Below, piece by piece: positions 56,114 to 64,000 of a stretch of 64,000 nt of DNA (positions are counted from its first letter, which is position 1; each line of letters opens with the position of its first letter). A program made the translations under genes and the position numbers. Under the pieces are notes generated by a model. The model saw only the letters and a list, made by a program, of their open reading frames with translations. It had not been told where the DNA came from and did no database searches. Source of the stretch: Candidatus Acidiferrales bacterium (GTDB lineage: Bacteria > Acidobacteriota > Terriglobia > Acidiferrales > UBA7541); NCBI GenBank assembly GCA_035262725.1, contig DATFSH010000012.1:688-64687 (forward strand). Reading direction: 5' to 3'.

Positions 56114-56522
56114 ACGCCCGCCTCACTCCCTGCGCCATTGCTGTGCCAGCGTTTCTGAAAACAGCCACCGCGAAAATTTTTTGTCATCGCCCGCTTTTAG
56201 GCCCCTGTCCTTGTTCTCGACGAACGACCAGTCAAGTTTCCAGCCCCATCTGTGAGACGCTCGTCTTTGGGGGTCTGTGTGATGAAAGAAAACAGAAAAC
56301 TGAAAACAACAATGAAGTTAGGATCAGAGCAGGATCGGGCGGCGCAGTGGCACCTCACTCCTTTCCGCTATAACGCCGGCCTGCCCAGAGCCTCGAAGGG
56401 CATCTTGCCTGCTCTCCTCCTCTTGGCTTCGCCCTTCAGTGGCGCAGACACCACCGTGTTTAGCCACGCGCGGCATCTCCCCTCAAGGCTCGAACAGTGC
56501 CGCCACTACGGCAACGAGTAAG

Positions 56523-56552
56523 ATTTCTAATCGAGACACCGCGATTAGAAAT
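56523..56552. promoter_or_regulatory. AT-rich 11-bp inverted repeat upstream of the ABC exporter operon (operator or RNA hairpin candidate)
   Basis: ATTTCTAATCG-N8-CGATTAGAAAT is a perfect inverted repeat. It ends about 125 nt before the ABC ATPase start codon. Confidence 0.35.
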
Positions 56553-56675
56553 TCGCGTAAGTCCAAGAAAACAAATCCAATCCAAGATTCCTATCGAGAC
56601 AAATCAGGCACTTTGGGCCGTCACAAGCGCCGCCACCTTCAGCCCTTTCCGGCTCTGTGCTAGAGTCGAAAATTC

Positions 56676-57500
56676 ATGAACTCCGCTGCCATCGCCACGC
56701 AAGGCCTGACGCGACGCTTCGGCGCTCTCGCCGCAGTCGACGACGTGAATCTTCGCGTTGCCCCCGGACAGTTCTTCGGTTTCCTCGGGCCCAACGGCGC
56801 TGGAAAATCCACCACCATCAAAATGCTCACCGGCCTGCTCGCTCCCACAGCCGGACGCATCGAAATTCTCGGCCTCGATCTCGCCGCGAACTCCCTCGAA
56901 GTGAAACGCCAGATCGGCGTCGTGCCCGAAGGCATGGCCCTCTTCGGACGCCTCACCGGCGCCGAGTATCTGAATTTTGCCGGCCGCATGTACGGCCTCG
57001 ATCGCGAAACCGCCGCCAACCGAGCCGCCGAACTTCTCGATTTCATGCAGCTCGCCGACCAGCCCAAAAAGCTCGTCACCGATTACTCGCACGGAATGCA
57101 GAAAAAATTGGCCTTGGCCGCCGCCGTCATCCACGGCCCGAAGATTCTTTTTCTCGACGAGCCTTTTGAAGGTGTGGACGCAATCGCTTCCGGCACGCTC
57201 AAAGTGATGCTGCAGAGCATGATCGCGCGCGGCGCCACGATTTTTCTCACCTCGCATGTGCTCGAAATCGTCGAGCGCCTCTGCAGCCATCTCGCCATCA
57301 TTCATCGCGGCAGGCTCGTCGCGCAGGGCTCGCTTGAGGAACTTCGCGCCGGCGTTGAAGCGCAAGCTGCCGCCGCGTTACCGGAAGATGGCGCTCACGC
57401 CCCAGCCGTGCCAGGAGAAAAACTCACCCTCGAAGAGATTTTCCTGCGCATCGTCGGCGGCTCCCGTCCCGTGGATCAGGAGCTTTCGTGGCTGAGCTGA
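56676..57500 (+). CDS. ABC transporter ATP-binding protein
   Basis: Walker A 'GPNGAGKST', signature-like 'YSHGMQKKLALA', Walker B 'ILFLDEPFEGVD'. Confidence 0.9.
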   Translation: MNSAAIATQGLTRRFGALAAVDDVNLRVAPGQFFGFLGPNGAGKSTTIKMLTGLLAPTAGRIEILGLDLAANSLEVKRQIGVVPEGMALFGRLTGAEYLNFAGRMYGLDRETAANRAAELLDFMQLADQPKKLVTDYSHGMQKKLALAAAVIHGPKILFLDEPFEGVDAIASGTLKVMLQSMIARGATIFLTSHVLEIVERLCSHLAIIHRGRLVAQGSLEELRAGVEAQAAAALPEDGAHAPAVPGEKLTLEEIFLRIVGGSRPVDQELSWLS

Positions 57501-59155
57501 CTGTCGCCCCGGGCGTTCGAGAGCAGCTCGCGGCCGTCGCACGCGTACGCTGGCAACTCTTCGTCAACTCTCTGCGAACGCTTCGCGGTCGCATGGAGTT
57601 GGTCTCGCACATCTTCATCACGCTCGGTTTCGTCGCCGGCGGAATCGGCGGTCTGGCGGCGTCATGCGGCGCCGCTTACTACGTGGTTTCCAGCGGTAAA
57701 GCGGAATGGCTCGCTATAATCCTCTGGCCGATATTTTTCTTCTGGCAGCTGTTTCCGGTAGTTGCCACCGCGTTCACAGAAAATTTCGACACTTCGAATC
57801 TTCTCCGCTTTCCACTCAGCTATTCATCTTTCGCCCTGATTCGAATTGTCTACGGGTCGCTCGAGCCGGCCACTATGCTCAGCTCTCAGTGGTTGTTGGG
57901 AGTCGCGTCCGGAGTGGCAATGGCTTCGCCGCCTCTCTTTCCGTGGGCCGCAATCGCGCTGCTCCTCTTCGCAGCGGTGAACATTCTGCTTGCTCGCATG
58001 ATCTTTTCTTGGGTCGAACGATGGCTGGCCCAGCGGCGCACCCGCGAAATTCTCGGCGTATTTTTTCTCTTGTTCATCATCAGCTTTCAGCTAATTGGGC
58101 CGTTGATGAGCCGCTACGGCCGCAGCGCCCATCCGGATCTGCGTCAATTCGCGGACAGAGTCTTGCCGATTCAGCGCTTACTGCCTCCGGGAACGGCCGC
58201 TTCTGCCATCGCGAGCGCAGCCGATGGGGACTATGCAATCGCCGCCGGCACCCTCGGAATTCTGGGCATCTATGGCGCTGCGATTTTCTGGTTTTTGGAC
58301 CTTCGGCTGCGCGCTCAGTTCCACGGGGAGAACCTCAGTGAAGCGCCGGCGCTTGCGGAATCGTCGGGACAACGCGGAATCGTGCGCGCAGGCTGGAGTT
58401 TTCCTGGAATTCCCGGCTCTGTGGCGGCGATCTTCGAAAAAGAAATGCGATATCTTTCTCGCAGCGGGCCAATGCTTTTCACCTTGATCATGCCCGTATT
58501 CATTCTTTTTATCTTCCGGCTCACGCCTTCCACTTCTCACAGAGGTTCGGGCTCATTCCTCGGCGGCTCGTCCGACATGGCTTTTCCCATCGGCGCCGCC
58601 TACGCACTGCTGATCCTGACAAACATGGTGTACAACAACTTTGGATCCGAGGGCGCCGGCGTCCAGATGTATTTCACCGCGCCCGTGCTAATCCGCTCCG
58701 CGATACTGGCGAAAAATCTCGCTCATTCCACAATTCTCGCTCTCGAAATGGTTCTCGTTTGGATCGGCGCCAGCCTCATATACAAACCGCCCGCCCTGGG
58801 AACCACCCTCGCCACGCTCTCCGGAATTCTCTTCGCGCTGCCCGTTAATCTCACAGTTGGCAACCTGCTCTCGATTTCGTCTCCCAAGAAAATCGATTAT
58901 GGCACTTTCGGCCGCCAGCGCGCGTCGAACACCACCGTCTTCGCAAGCTTCGGCGTGCAAATTGTTGTCGTCGGCCTTGCAGCCGTCACGCTCATGGCAG
59001 GCCGCAGCTTCGACAGAGTTTGGCTCGCCACGATTGTTTTCCAGGTATTCGCCGCGGTCGCCTGGGTAGTGTATTCAGTAGTGCTGAAAAGCATCGAACA
59101 CATGGCATTCGGCCATCGCGAAGAACTGATCGCTGAGCTGACCCGCGCCTCTTAG
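57488..59155 (+). CDS. Polytopic membrane protein, putative ABC exporter permease partner
   Basis: 555 aa with many TM segments. 13-nt overlap with the ATPase gene. No classical ABC-2 motif was recognised by eye. Confidence 0.6.
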   Translation: MAELTVAPGVREQLAAVARVRWQLFVNSLRTLRGRMELVSHIFITLGFVAGGIGGLAASCGAAYYVVSSGKAEWLAIILWPIFFFWQLFPVVATAFTENFDTSNLLRFPLSYSSFALIRIVYGSLEPATMLSSQWLLGVASGVAMASPPLFPWAAIALLLFAAVNILLARMIFSWVERWLAQRRTREILGVFFLLFIISFQLIGPLMSRYGRSAHPDLRQFADRVLPIQRLLPPGTAASAIASAADGDYAIAAGTLGILGIYGAAIFWFLDLRLRAQFHGENLSEAPALAESSGQRGIVRAGWSFPGIPGSVAAIFEKEMRYLSRSGPMLFTLIMPVFILFIFRLTPSTSHRGSGSFLGGSSDMAFPIGAAYALLILTNMVYNNFGSEGAGVQMYFTAPVLIRSAILAKNLAHSTILALEMVLVWIGASLIYKPPALGTTLATLSGILFALPVNLTVGNLLSISSPKKIDYGTFGRQRASNTTVFASFGVQIVVVGLAAVTLMAGRSFDRVWLATIVFQVFAAVAWVVYSVVLKSIEHMAFGHREELIAELTRAS

Positions 59156-59166
59156 GATGACTTGAG

Positions 59167-61440
59167 ATGAAAATTCACCGCTCAATATTCATCAGTCTCA
59201 TGTGGGCAATATTTCCCGGTGGCGCTTTGCCTGCTCGCGGGCAGTCCGCTCAGCAGGACGCTTTGCGCCAGGCTACTTTCGACAATCTGAAATCGCTCGA
59301 CGACGTGATCGCGATTTCCGGATACGAAAAGCCGCTCGTGGATCAAATCAGTTCGCGGGTCGCGGCATTTCATCCGCAAGTGGACAATCTCGGCGACGTC
59401 GTTATCACGCTGGGCAGCGGCGCTCCGCACCGCCTGCTGGTCACCGGCATTGACGAGCCCGGCTTTGTCGTCAGCGCCATCACCGACGATGGCTACATTC
59501 GCGTGCAACGTTTGCCGCAGGGCGGCCTGCCGCCGATGTTCAACGAACTGTATTCCGCGCAGCCTGTAAAAGTAGGCACGACGACGGGCGGCTGGATCGA
59601 TGGCGTGGTAGCGGGCCTCTCCGTGCATCTCGCGCCAGGGCGCGCGAATACCCCGAAATCGAACGACCTCGATGAGATGTACGTCGACATCGGCGCATTT
59701 TCCGCCGACGAAGTCCGCAAAGCGGGCGTTGACGTACTGAGCCCGATTGCCATCACCCGCAGCCTTTTCGATCTTGGTAACGCCGAATTTGCAGGCGCCG
59801 CCGTGGGTGATCGCTTCGGCGCGGCCGCGCTTATCGAGCTATTGACGCTTATTGATCCGGCACAGGTAAAAGGGACACTAACGATTGCCTTCGTTGTGCA
59901 GCAATGCACCGGCGCGCGCGGCCTGGAGCGCATCATCACCACGATGCAGTTCGACGAAATGATCTATGTGGGACGCCTGTTTGCTGGCGGCCCGGTGACC
60001 GGTGCCGAGAACCTGCGCCGCGCCCCGCGAAAAGAGCCAGGCAGCGGCGTTCTGGTCGCGGGAGAGGAAGCCAATGCGCCGCCCAACGCCTTCGCGGACG
60101 AACTCAAACGAGTCGTCGCAACGAGCAAGGTTCCTCTCGTGCCGGACTATTCAGCTCCGGTGATTCCGCCCAACTATCTTGCAGCGCCTCCGATGCCGCC
60201 GAAGTCCGCGCACATCGGCATTGCCACCGCGTGGGCCGACACGCCCGCTGAAACCGTCAATGTAGCCGACTTCAACAATCTCGTAACTGTGCTGGTCGCC
60301 TATTCGAATGCATACGGCAAGTCTTCGCTGAAGTTCGAACCCAATCCCGCGGGCATTGCTGCCGAGGGCCAGCCGAAGAAAGGCGCAAACACCTCTTCAG
60401 TTACCGACCTCCTGCAACATTTGACGGAAGCCTACGGGGTGAGCAACCACGAAGAGCGGGTGCGAGAGATGGTTCGGTCACTGCTGCCCGCCTGGGCAAC
60501 ATCGGAGACGGACGCCGCGGGGAATCTGGTCGTGCGCGTGGGAATTACGCCAAAGGGTTCGCAGGCGCCCCGGCTGCTCTTCGTCGCACACATGGATGAA
60601 ATCGGATTCGAGGTGAAATCCATCGCCTCCGATGGCCGTCTCGAAGTGGCCTGGAAAGGCGGAGGAGTGCAAAGCTATTTTTCCGGCCACCCGGCTCTGG
60701 TTCATACCGGCACCGGAGACCGCGAAGCGGTGGTAGAGCTGCCCGAAAACTGGGACATGCCGAAATTCCAGTGGGCACCGGACGCCGCGAAATCGGTGCG
60801 TGTGGACGTGGGGGCGCGAACCCCGGAAGAAGTGGAGAAGCTGGGCATTCACGTGGGCGATTCGATCACGATTCCGAAAGCGTACCGGCCGCTGCTCGGG
60901 ACGCGCGCCAATGGGCGCAGTTTCGACGACCGCGTGGGAGACACTGCGTTGGTCGCGGCGCTCTGGGCCCTTGGCAATCCAGTGAAAGACCGCGACATCA
61001 CCTTCGTATTTTCGACGGGCGAAGAGTTGGGTCTGGTCGGCGCAGGGACGCTGGCAAAGAGCCTGGCGTCTCAGAACCGTGCTCCGGACTTCGTCTTCAA
61101 CATAGATACCTTCGTCAGCGCGGATTCGCCGCTCGAATCGAAACGGTTTGGCGACGCCCACGTCGGGAAAGGCTTCGTTGTCCGCGCAATGGACAATTCG
61201 AATATCGTCCCGCGCCCATTCGTTGAAAAAGTGATGAAGCTGGCTCGCGACAATCAGATCGCAGCACAGTTCGGCGTCACGGGAGGAGGCAACGACGGCT
61301 CGGCATTTGTGCGCTATGGCTCGATTGACGTCGCCCTCGGATGGCCGCTGCGCTATTCGCACTCGCCTGCGGAGGTGGTCGACACGCGCGATGTAGACGC
61401 GCTCGGAAAGATCGTAGCTGCGATCGCGCGCAGCTGGTGA
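59167..61440 (+). CDS. Secreted tandem M42-family (FrvX/TET-like) aminopeptidase: degenerate N-terminal copy + intact C-terminal copy
   Basis: The C-terminal half has 'FVAHMDEIGFEV', 'GRSFDDRVGD', 'FSTGEELGLVGA' and 'GGGNDGSAF'. The N-terminal half has the same spacing but reads 'LLVTGIDEPGFVV', 'AAVGDRFGAA' and 'FVVQQCTGARGL'. Signal peptide at the N-terminus. Confidence 0.75.
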   Translation: MKIHRSIFISLMWAIFPGGALPARGQSAQQDALRQATFDNLKSLDDVIAISGYEKPLVDQISSRVAAFHPQVDNLGDVVITLGSGAPHRLLVTGIDEPGFVVSAITDDGYIRVQRLPQGGLPPMFNELYSAQPVKVGTTTGGWIDGVVAGLSVHLAPGRANTPKSNDLDEMYVDIGAFSADEVRKAGVDVLSPIAITRSLFDLGNAEFAGAAVGDRFGAAALIELLTLIDPAQVKGTLTIAFVVQQCTGARGLERIITTMQFDEMIYVGRLFAGGPVTGAENLRRAPRKEPGSGVLVAGEEANAPPNAFADELKRVVATSKVPLVPDYSAPVIPPNYLAAPPMPPKSAHIGIATAWADTPAETVNVADFNNLVTVLVAYSNAYGKSSLKFEPNPAGIAAEGQPKKGANTSSVTDLLQHLTEAYGVSNHEERVREMVRSLLPAWATSETDAAGNLVVRVGITPKGSQAPRLLFVAHMDEIGFEVKSIASDGRLEVAWKGGGVQSYFSGHPALVHTGTGDREAVVELPENWDMPKFQWAPDAAKSVRVDVGARTPEEVEKLGIHVGDSITIPKAYRPLLGTRANGRSFDDRVGDTALVAALWALGNPVKDRDITFVFSTGEELGLVGAGTLAKSLASQNRAPDFVFNIDTFVSADSPLESKRFGDAHVGKGFVVRAMDNSNIVPRPFVEKVMKLARDNQIAAQFGVTGGGNDGSAFVRYGSIDVALGWPLRYSHSPAEVVDTRDVDALGKIVAAIARSW

Positions 61441-61561
61441 TCTGCCGCAGCCACGTGGCTCGAGGAGCCAGATCGCGACTTCGTTCGGCGGTGATTCGTT
61501 GACGAACGTTCTTGTCGCCATGTCTCTGGCGTTTCGCACGACTTTGCTATAATCGCGCGCC

Positions 61562-62212
61562 GTGACCGGCCCCAAATTTAAGTCCCCGCGGTATATCGTG
61601 ATTGAAGGGCCGATTCGCGTCGGCAAATCCACACTCGCACGCGTCCTTGCCGAACAGATGCACGCGCGGCGCATCCTCGATTGCGAGGAAAACCCCTTCC
61701 TCGCGGAGTTCTACAATGAAAAGCCCGGCGCCGCCTTCCAAGCGCAGATGCATTTCCTCTACGAGCGGCACAGGCGGCTGCTCGAAGCGCACCTGGAGGA
61801 CAGCGCGGTTCCGGTGGTCTCCGATTTCCTTTTCGAAAAGGACAAGATATTCGCGTACATCAATCTGGATAACGAAGAGCTGAAACTCTACGAGCGCTAT
61901 TTCGATATGCTAGCTCCGTCGGTTCCCGCACCTGACCTGGTGATCTATCTTCAAGCCAAGCCGAATGTGCTACAAAAACGCGTCACAAAAAAAGGCGATC
62001 CTTCGGAAACCGAGATTTCTCCCGATTACCTCGAAGCTGTCTCGAATGCCTACGAGCACTTTTTCTTCCGCTATTCCGCTTCGAACCTGTTGGTGGTGGA
62101 CACGTCGGATATCGACTTCGTCGAACGCAATCATGATTTGCAGGAGCTTCTGCGGCGGCTCCGCCAACCGGTGAAAGGCACGCAGTATTTTCTGCCGCTG
62201 GGCCAGAGTTAG
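61562..62212 (+). CDS. Deoxynucleoside kinase family protein
   Basis: GTG start. P-loop 'IVIEGPIRVGKSTLA', 'ENPFLAEFY', 'VVSDFLFEKDKIFA', 'PDLVIYLQAKPNVLQKRVTKKG'. Confidence 0.8.
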   Translation: MTGPKFKSPRYIVIEGPIRVGKSTLARVLAEQMHARRILDCEENPFLAEFYNEKPGAAFQAQMHFLYERHRRLLEAHLEDSAVPVVSDFLFEKDKIFAYINLDNEELKLYERYFDMLAPSVPAPDLVIYLQAKPNVLQKRVTKKGDPSETEISPDYLEAVSNAYEHFFFRYSASNLLVVDTSDIDFVERNHDLQELLRRLRQPVKGTQYFLPLGQS

Positions 62213-62272
62213 GAGCGGTGAAGAAAGACATCGGATGGAGCGGAGAATGGGTCCGCTTCGAGTCATAGCTGA

Positions 62273-62300
62273 CGCGGGCGGGTCTTAGACCCGCCCCTAC
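62273..62300. repeat. REP-like palindromic element (inverted orientation)
   Basis: CGCGGGCGGGTCTTAGACCCGCCCCTAC is the reverse complement of the 56087-type element. It lies about 60 nt after the kinase stop. Confidence 0.7.
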
Positions 62301-62418
62301 AAGCTCTTTTGCCTCGGCAGATCCTTGGGAAGGAAGCGTTCCGGAACGGGTAATCCCACCAGATCACCCGCTCCGGCCAGCTTTGTGTGAGGGCGAACTA
62401 ATCCGAACGTGATTTAAG

Positions 62419-62904
62419 TCAGGCGGCTTTGTAGGGCCCTGACAACTGATGCCGCCATTTTCCCAGTGCGCGGTTCACGGGGTGGCTGCGGTGAAGAAAA
62501 GTCAGCACCGGAGGACGGCGCACGCCAATTCTTTCGAGGGCCCGGCGGATGCGGAAATCACGTCCGGCCGAAACCATGCCTTTCTCAAGCGTGTCGATCG
62601 CTTCGGATGTGCGTCCGGCCTGGTGATACACCTCGGCCAGATTCAGATAGAGCTGAGCGTGGTTCACTCTCATTCCCAGAGCTTCGCGGCAGAGCGATTC
62701 GGCGTCGCCGAATCGCTTCTCGGAAACGGCAGCGAGCAAGCCCGTGTAAGAGAGGTAGAACGGATTCTTCGGAGCAACTCCCAGAGCGCGCCGGGCATGC
62801 TGCAAGGCCTGTTCAGCTTGTCCGTCGCGAAGGTACTTCAGGCATTCCTTAAAGTCGGTCATTCCTGCATCGGTGGGGGATGTGGTTCCAATCCAGTGGG
62901 ACAT
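62419..62904 (-). CDS. TPR-repeat protein
   Basis: 161 aa. 'ALQHARRALGVAPKNPFYLSYTG', 'AESLCREALGMRVNHAQLYLNLAEVYHQAGRTSEAIDTLEKG'. Confidence 0.6.
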   Translation of the reverse strand: MSHWIGTTSPTDAGMTDFKECLKYLRDGQAEQALQHARRALGVAPKNPFYLSYTGLLAAVSEKRFGDAESLCREALGMRVNHAQLYLNLAEVYHQAGRTSEAIDTLEKGMVSAGRDFRIRRALERIGVRRPPVLTFLHRSHPVNRALGKWRHQLSGPYKAA

Positions 62905-63132
62905 AGGCTCCTTCCTTTCCTCGCCAGGGAACTCTGCGAGGACGCTAGGGAAAGCCTAGCGCCTGGACTTGCCGGAGGATATAGAACGCGCGGCCAGATT
63001 TCGTCCTAGTCCGATTTCCTGTACGGAATGACAGGCGAAAGCTCCCCCACCTTGAAAATCGGCTGAGAAACTGAACTCTTCAGCTTCGGTGAGCGAAGGG
63101 CGCCTCGTTTTCACAACCGGAACGAAATTGTA

Positions 63133-64000
63133 CTATTTCCGGCTGCCAAGGTATTGGCCGAACCACGCCGCGGTGCGGTCGATCACGTCCCGGCTGTGCT
63201 CGGGATTCGCGAACAGATGGCCTTCGTTCGGATAAATGACGAATTCGGTGGGCACGCCCAGCGTCTTGAGAGCGTGCCAGAATTCGTAGGATTGCGGCGC
63301 GGGGCATTCGCCATCCCGATCGCCGACGACGATGAGCGTGGGCGTATTCGCTTTCTTGATGAAATTGATGGGCGAACTTTTGGCGTAGACGACCGGGTCG
63401 TCGTAAGCGGTGGCGCCGAAATAGGGAATCATCCATTGATCGATTTTGTTTTCGCCGTAGTAACTCAGATAGTTTGAAAGGCCCGCGCCGGCTACCGCGG
63501 CGCCGAAGCGGTTCGTCTGGGTTACGGCCCACATGGTCATGAAGCCGCCATAGCTCCAGCCGGTAATACCTAGCCGCGCCGGATCAACCGGAGCTTCCTG
63601 AATGGCCTTGTCAACTCCGGCCATGATGTCCAGAAAATCGCCGTAGCCGAAATCCCTCACGTTCGCCTGTGTGAATTTCTCGCCCATTCCATAGCTGCCG
63701 CGGGGATTGGGTTCGAAGATGAAGAAGCCGCGCTCGGGCAAGGCGAAAGGATAATTCCATCGGCTGGGAAACTTGGGTGTGTACGCCCATGCAGGGCCGC
63801 CATGAACGTAAACGACGAGCGGATATTTTTTTGCGGAATCGAAGTCTTTCGGATAGATGAGCCAGCCCTGGACGGAGCCGATACTCGTGGTCCAGCGGAG
63901 GCTTTTGGCTTCGCCCCATTCGGGTTTCAGGCTGGCATTCACGTGCGTGATCTGCTTCCAATCTCCCACCGGGCCGGCCGATACCTCGGGCGGGTTGGAG
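63133..64000 (-). CDS. Prolyl-oligopeptidase-family (S9) serine peptidase, C-terminal catalytic domain; 5' part beyond the window
   Basis: 'VYVHGGPAWAY', nucleophile elbow 'GWSYGGFMT', 'VGDRDGECP', 'YPNEGH'. The reading frame stays open up to base 64000. Confidence 0.85.
   Translation of the reverse strand, partial: SNPPEVSAGPVGDWKQITHVNASLKPEWGEAKSLRWTTSIGSVQGWLIYPKDFDSAKKYPLVVYVHGGPAWAYTPKFPSRWNYPFALPERGFFIFEPNPRGSYGMGEKFTQANVRDFGYGDFLDIMAGVDKAIQEAPVDPARLGITGWSYGGFMTMWAVTQTNRFGAAVAGAGLSNYLSYYGENKIDQWMIPYFGATAYDDPVVYAKSSPINFIKKANTPTLIVVGDRDGECPAPQSYEFWHALKTLGVPTEFVIYPNEGHLFANPEHSRDVIDRTAAWFGQYLGSRK

Noticed and set aside
56348-56368. Perfect TGGCAC hexamer in the rpmE-ABC spacer, considered as a sigma-54 -24 element.
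   Set aside because: The position where TTGC should follow (after 5 nt) reads TCCTT, so there is no -12 element.
56252-56521. 89-aa ORF in the long rpmE-ABC spacer.
   Set aside because: No RBS and no motif. Its composition is unlike neighbouring genes. It overlaps the A-rich tract and ends at the inverted repeat.
1-64000. Search for rRNA, tRNA, tmRNA, RNase P or SRP RNA signatures, transposases, integrases, phage genes, toxin-antitoxin pairs and cas genes.
   Set aside because: I recognised none by eye. Small structured RNAs cannot be excluded without covariance-model scans.

Overview
GC-rich chromosomal segment that looks acidobacterial. The evidence is an ADOP-type duplicated FtsX/MacB permease, REP-like hairpins of the type GTAGGGGCGGGTCTNAGACCCGCCC, and many conserved secreted proteins of unknown function. 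I can support about 60 protein-coding genes. I recognised no rRNA, tRNA, CRISPR array, transposase, integrase or prophage gene.

Housekeeping content:
- ruvAB, dnaG-ridA-rpoD-acpS, mutS2, dacB, folK, rpmE, gdh, yvcK and mtaB.
- A tetR-tolC-emrA-emrB efflux operon.
- An ABC exporter followed by a tandem-M42 peptidase.

Most notable content:
1. A stripped-down bacterial microcompartment (BMC) locus at 7.8-10.2 kb. It has a class II aldolase with a C-terminal amphipathic tail, one BMC-H and three BMC-P genes. The usual aldehyde dehydrogenase / phosphotransacylase core is absent from the window.
2. A c-di-GMP / sigma-54 regulatory island at 46-55 kb. It holds three PilZ domains with intact binding motifs, a GGDEF-PilZ fusion, two enhancer-binding proteins (one without a sensory domain), a CBS protein, a histidine kinase and an atypical LuxR regulator.
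3. A 612-aa secreted protein with about 12 Gly/Thr nonapeptide repeats and a block of about 90 residues that is roughly one third tyrosine. It sits next to a convergent pair of secreted paralogs.
4. A small protein made of nine perfect-period decapeptide repeats (G-x-[IL]-A-[LM]-G-G-x-A-x).
5. A decayed sensor kinase whose N-terminal membrane domain keeps the ethylene-binding-domain signature (CGATH). The rest is frameshifted and lacks the kinase core.

There are several other gene remnants: a TonB-C protein, a DUF255 thioredoxin-like gene and a CarboxypepD_reg fragment. All family assignments come from reading the translations by eye. No searches were run.
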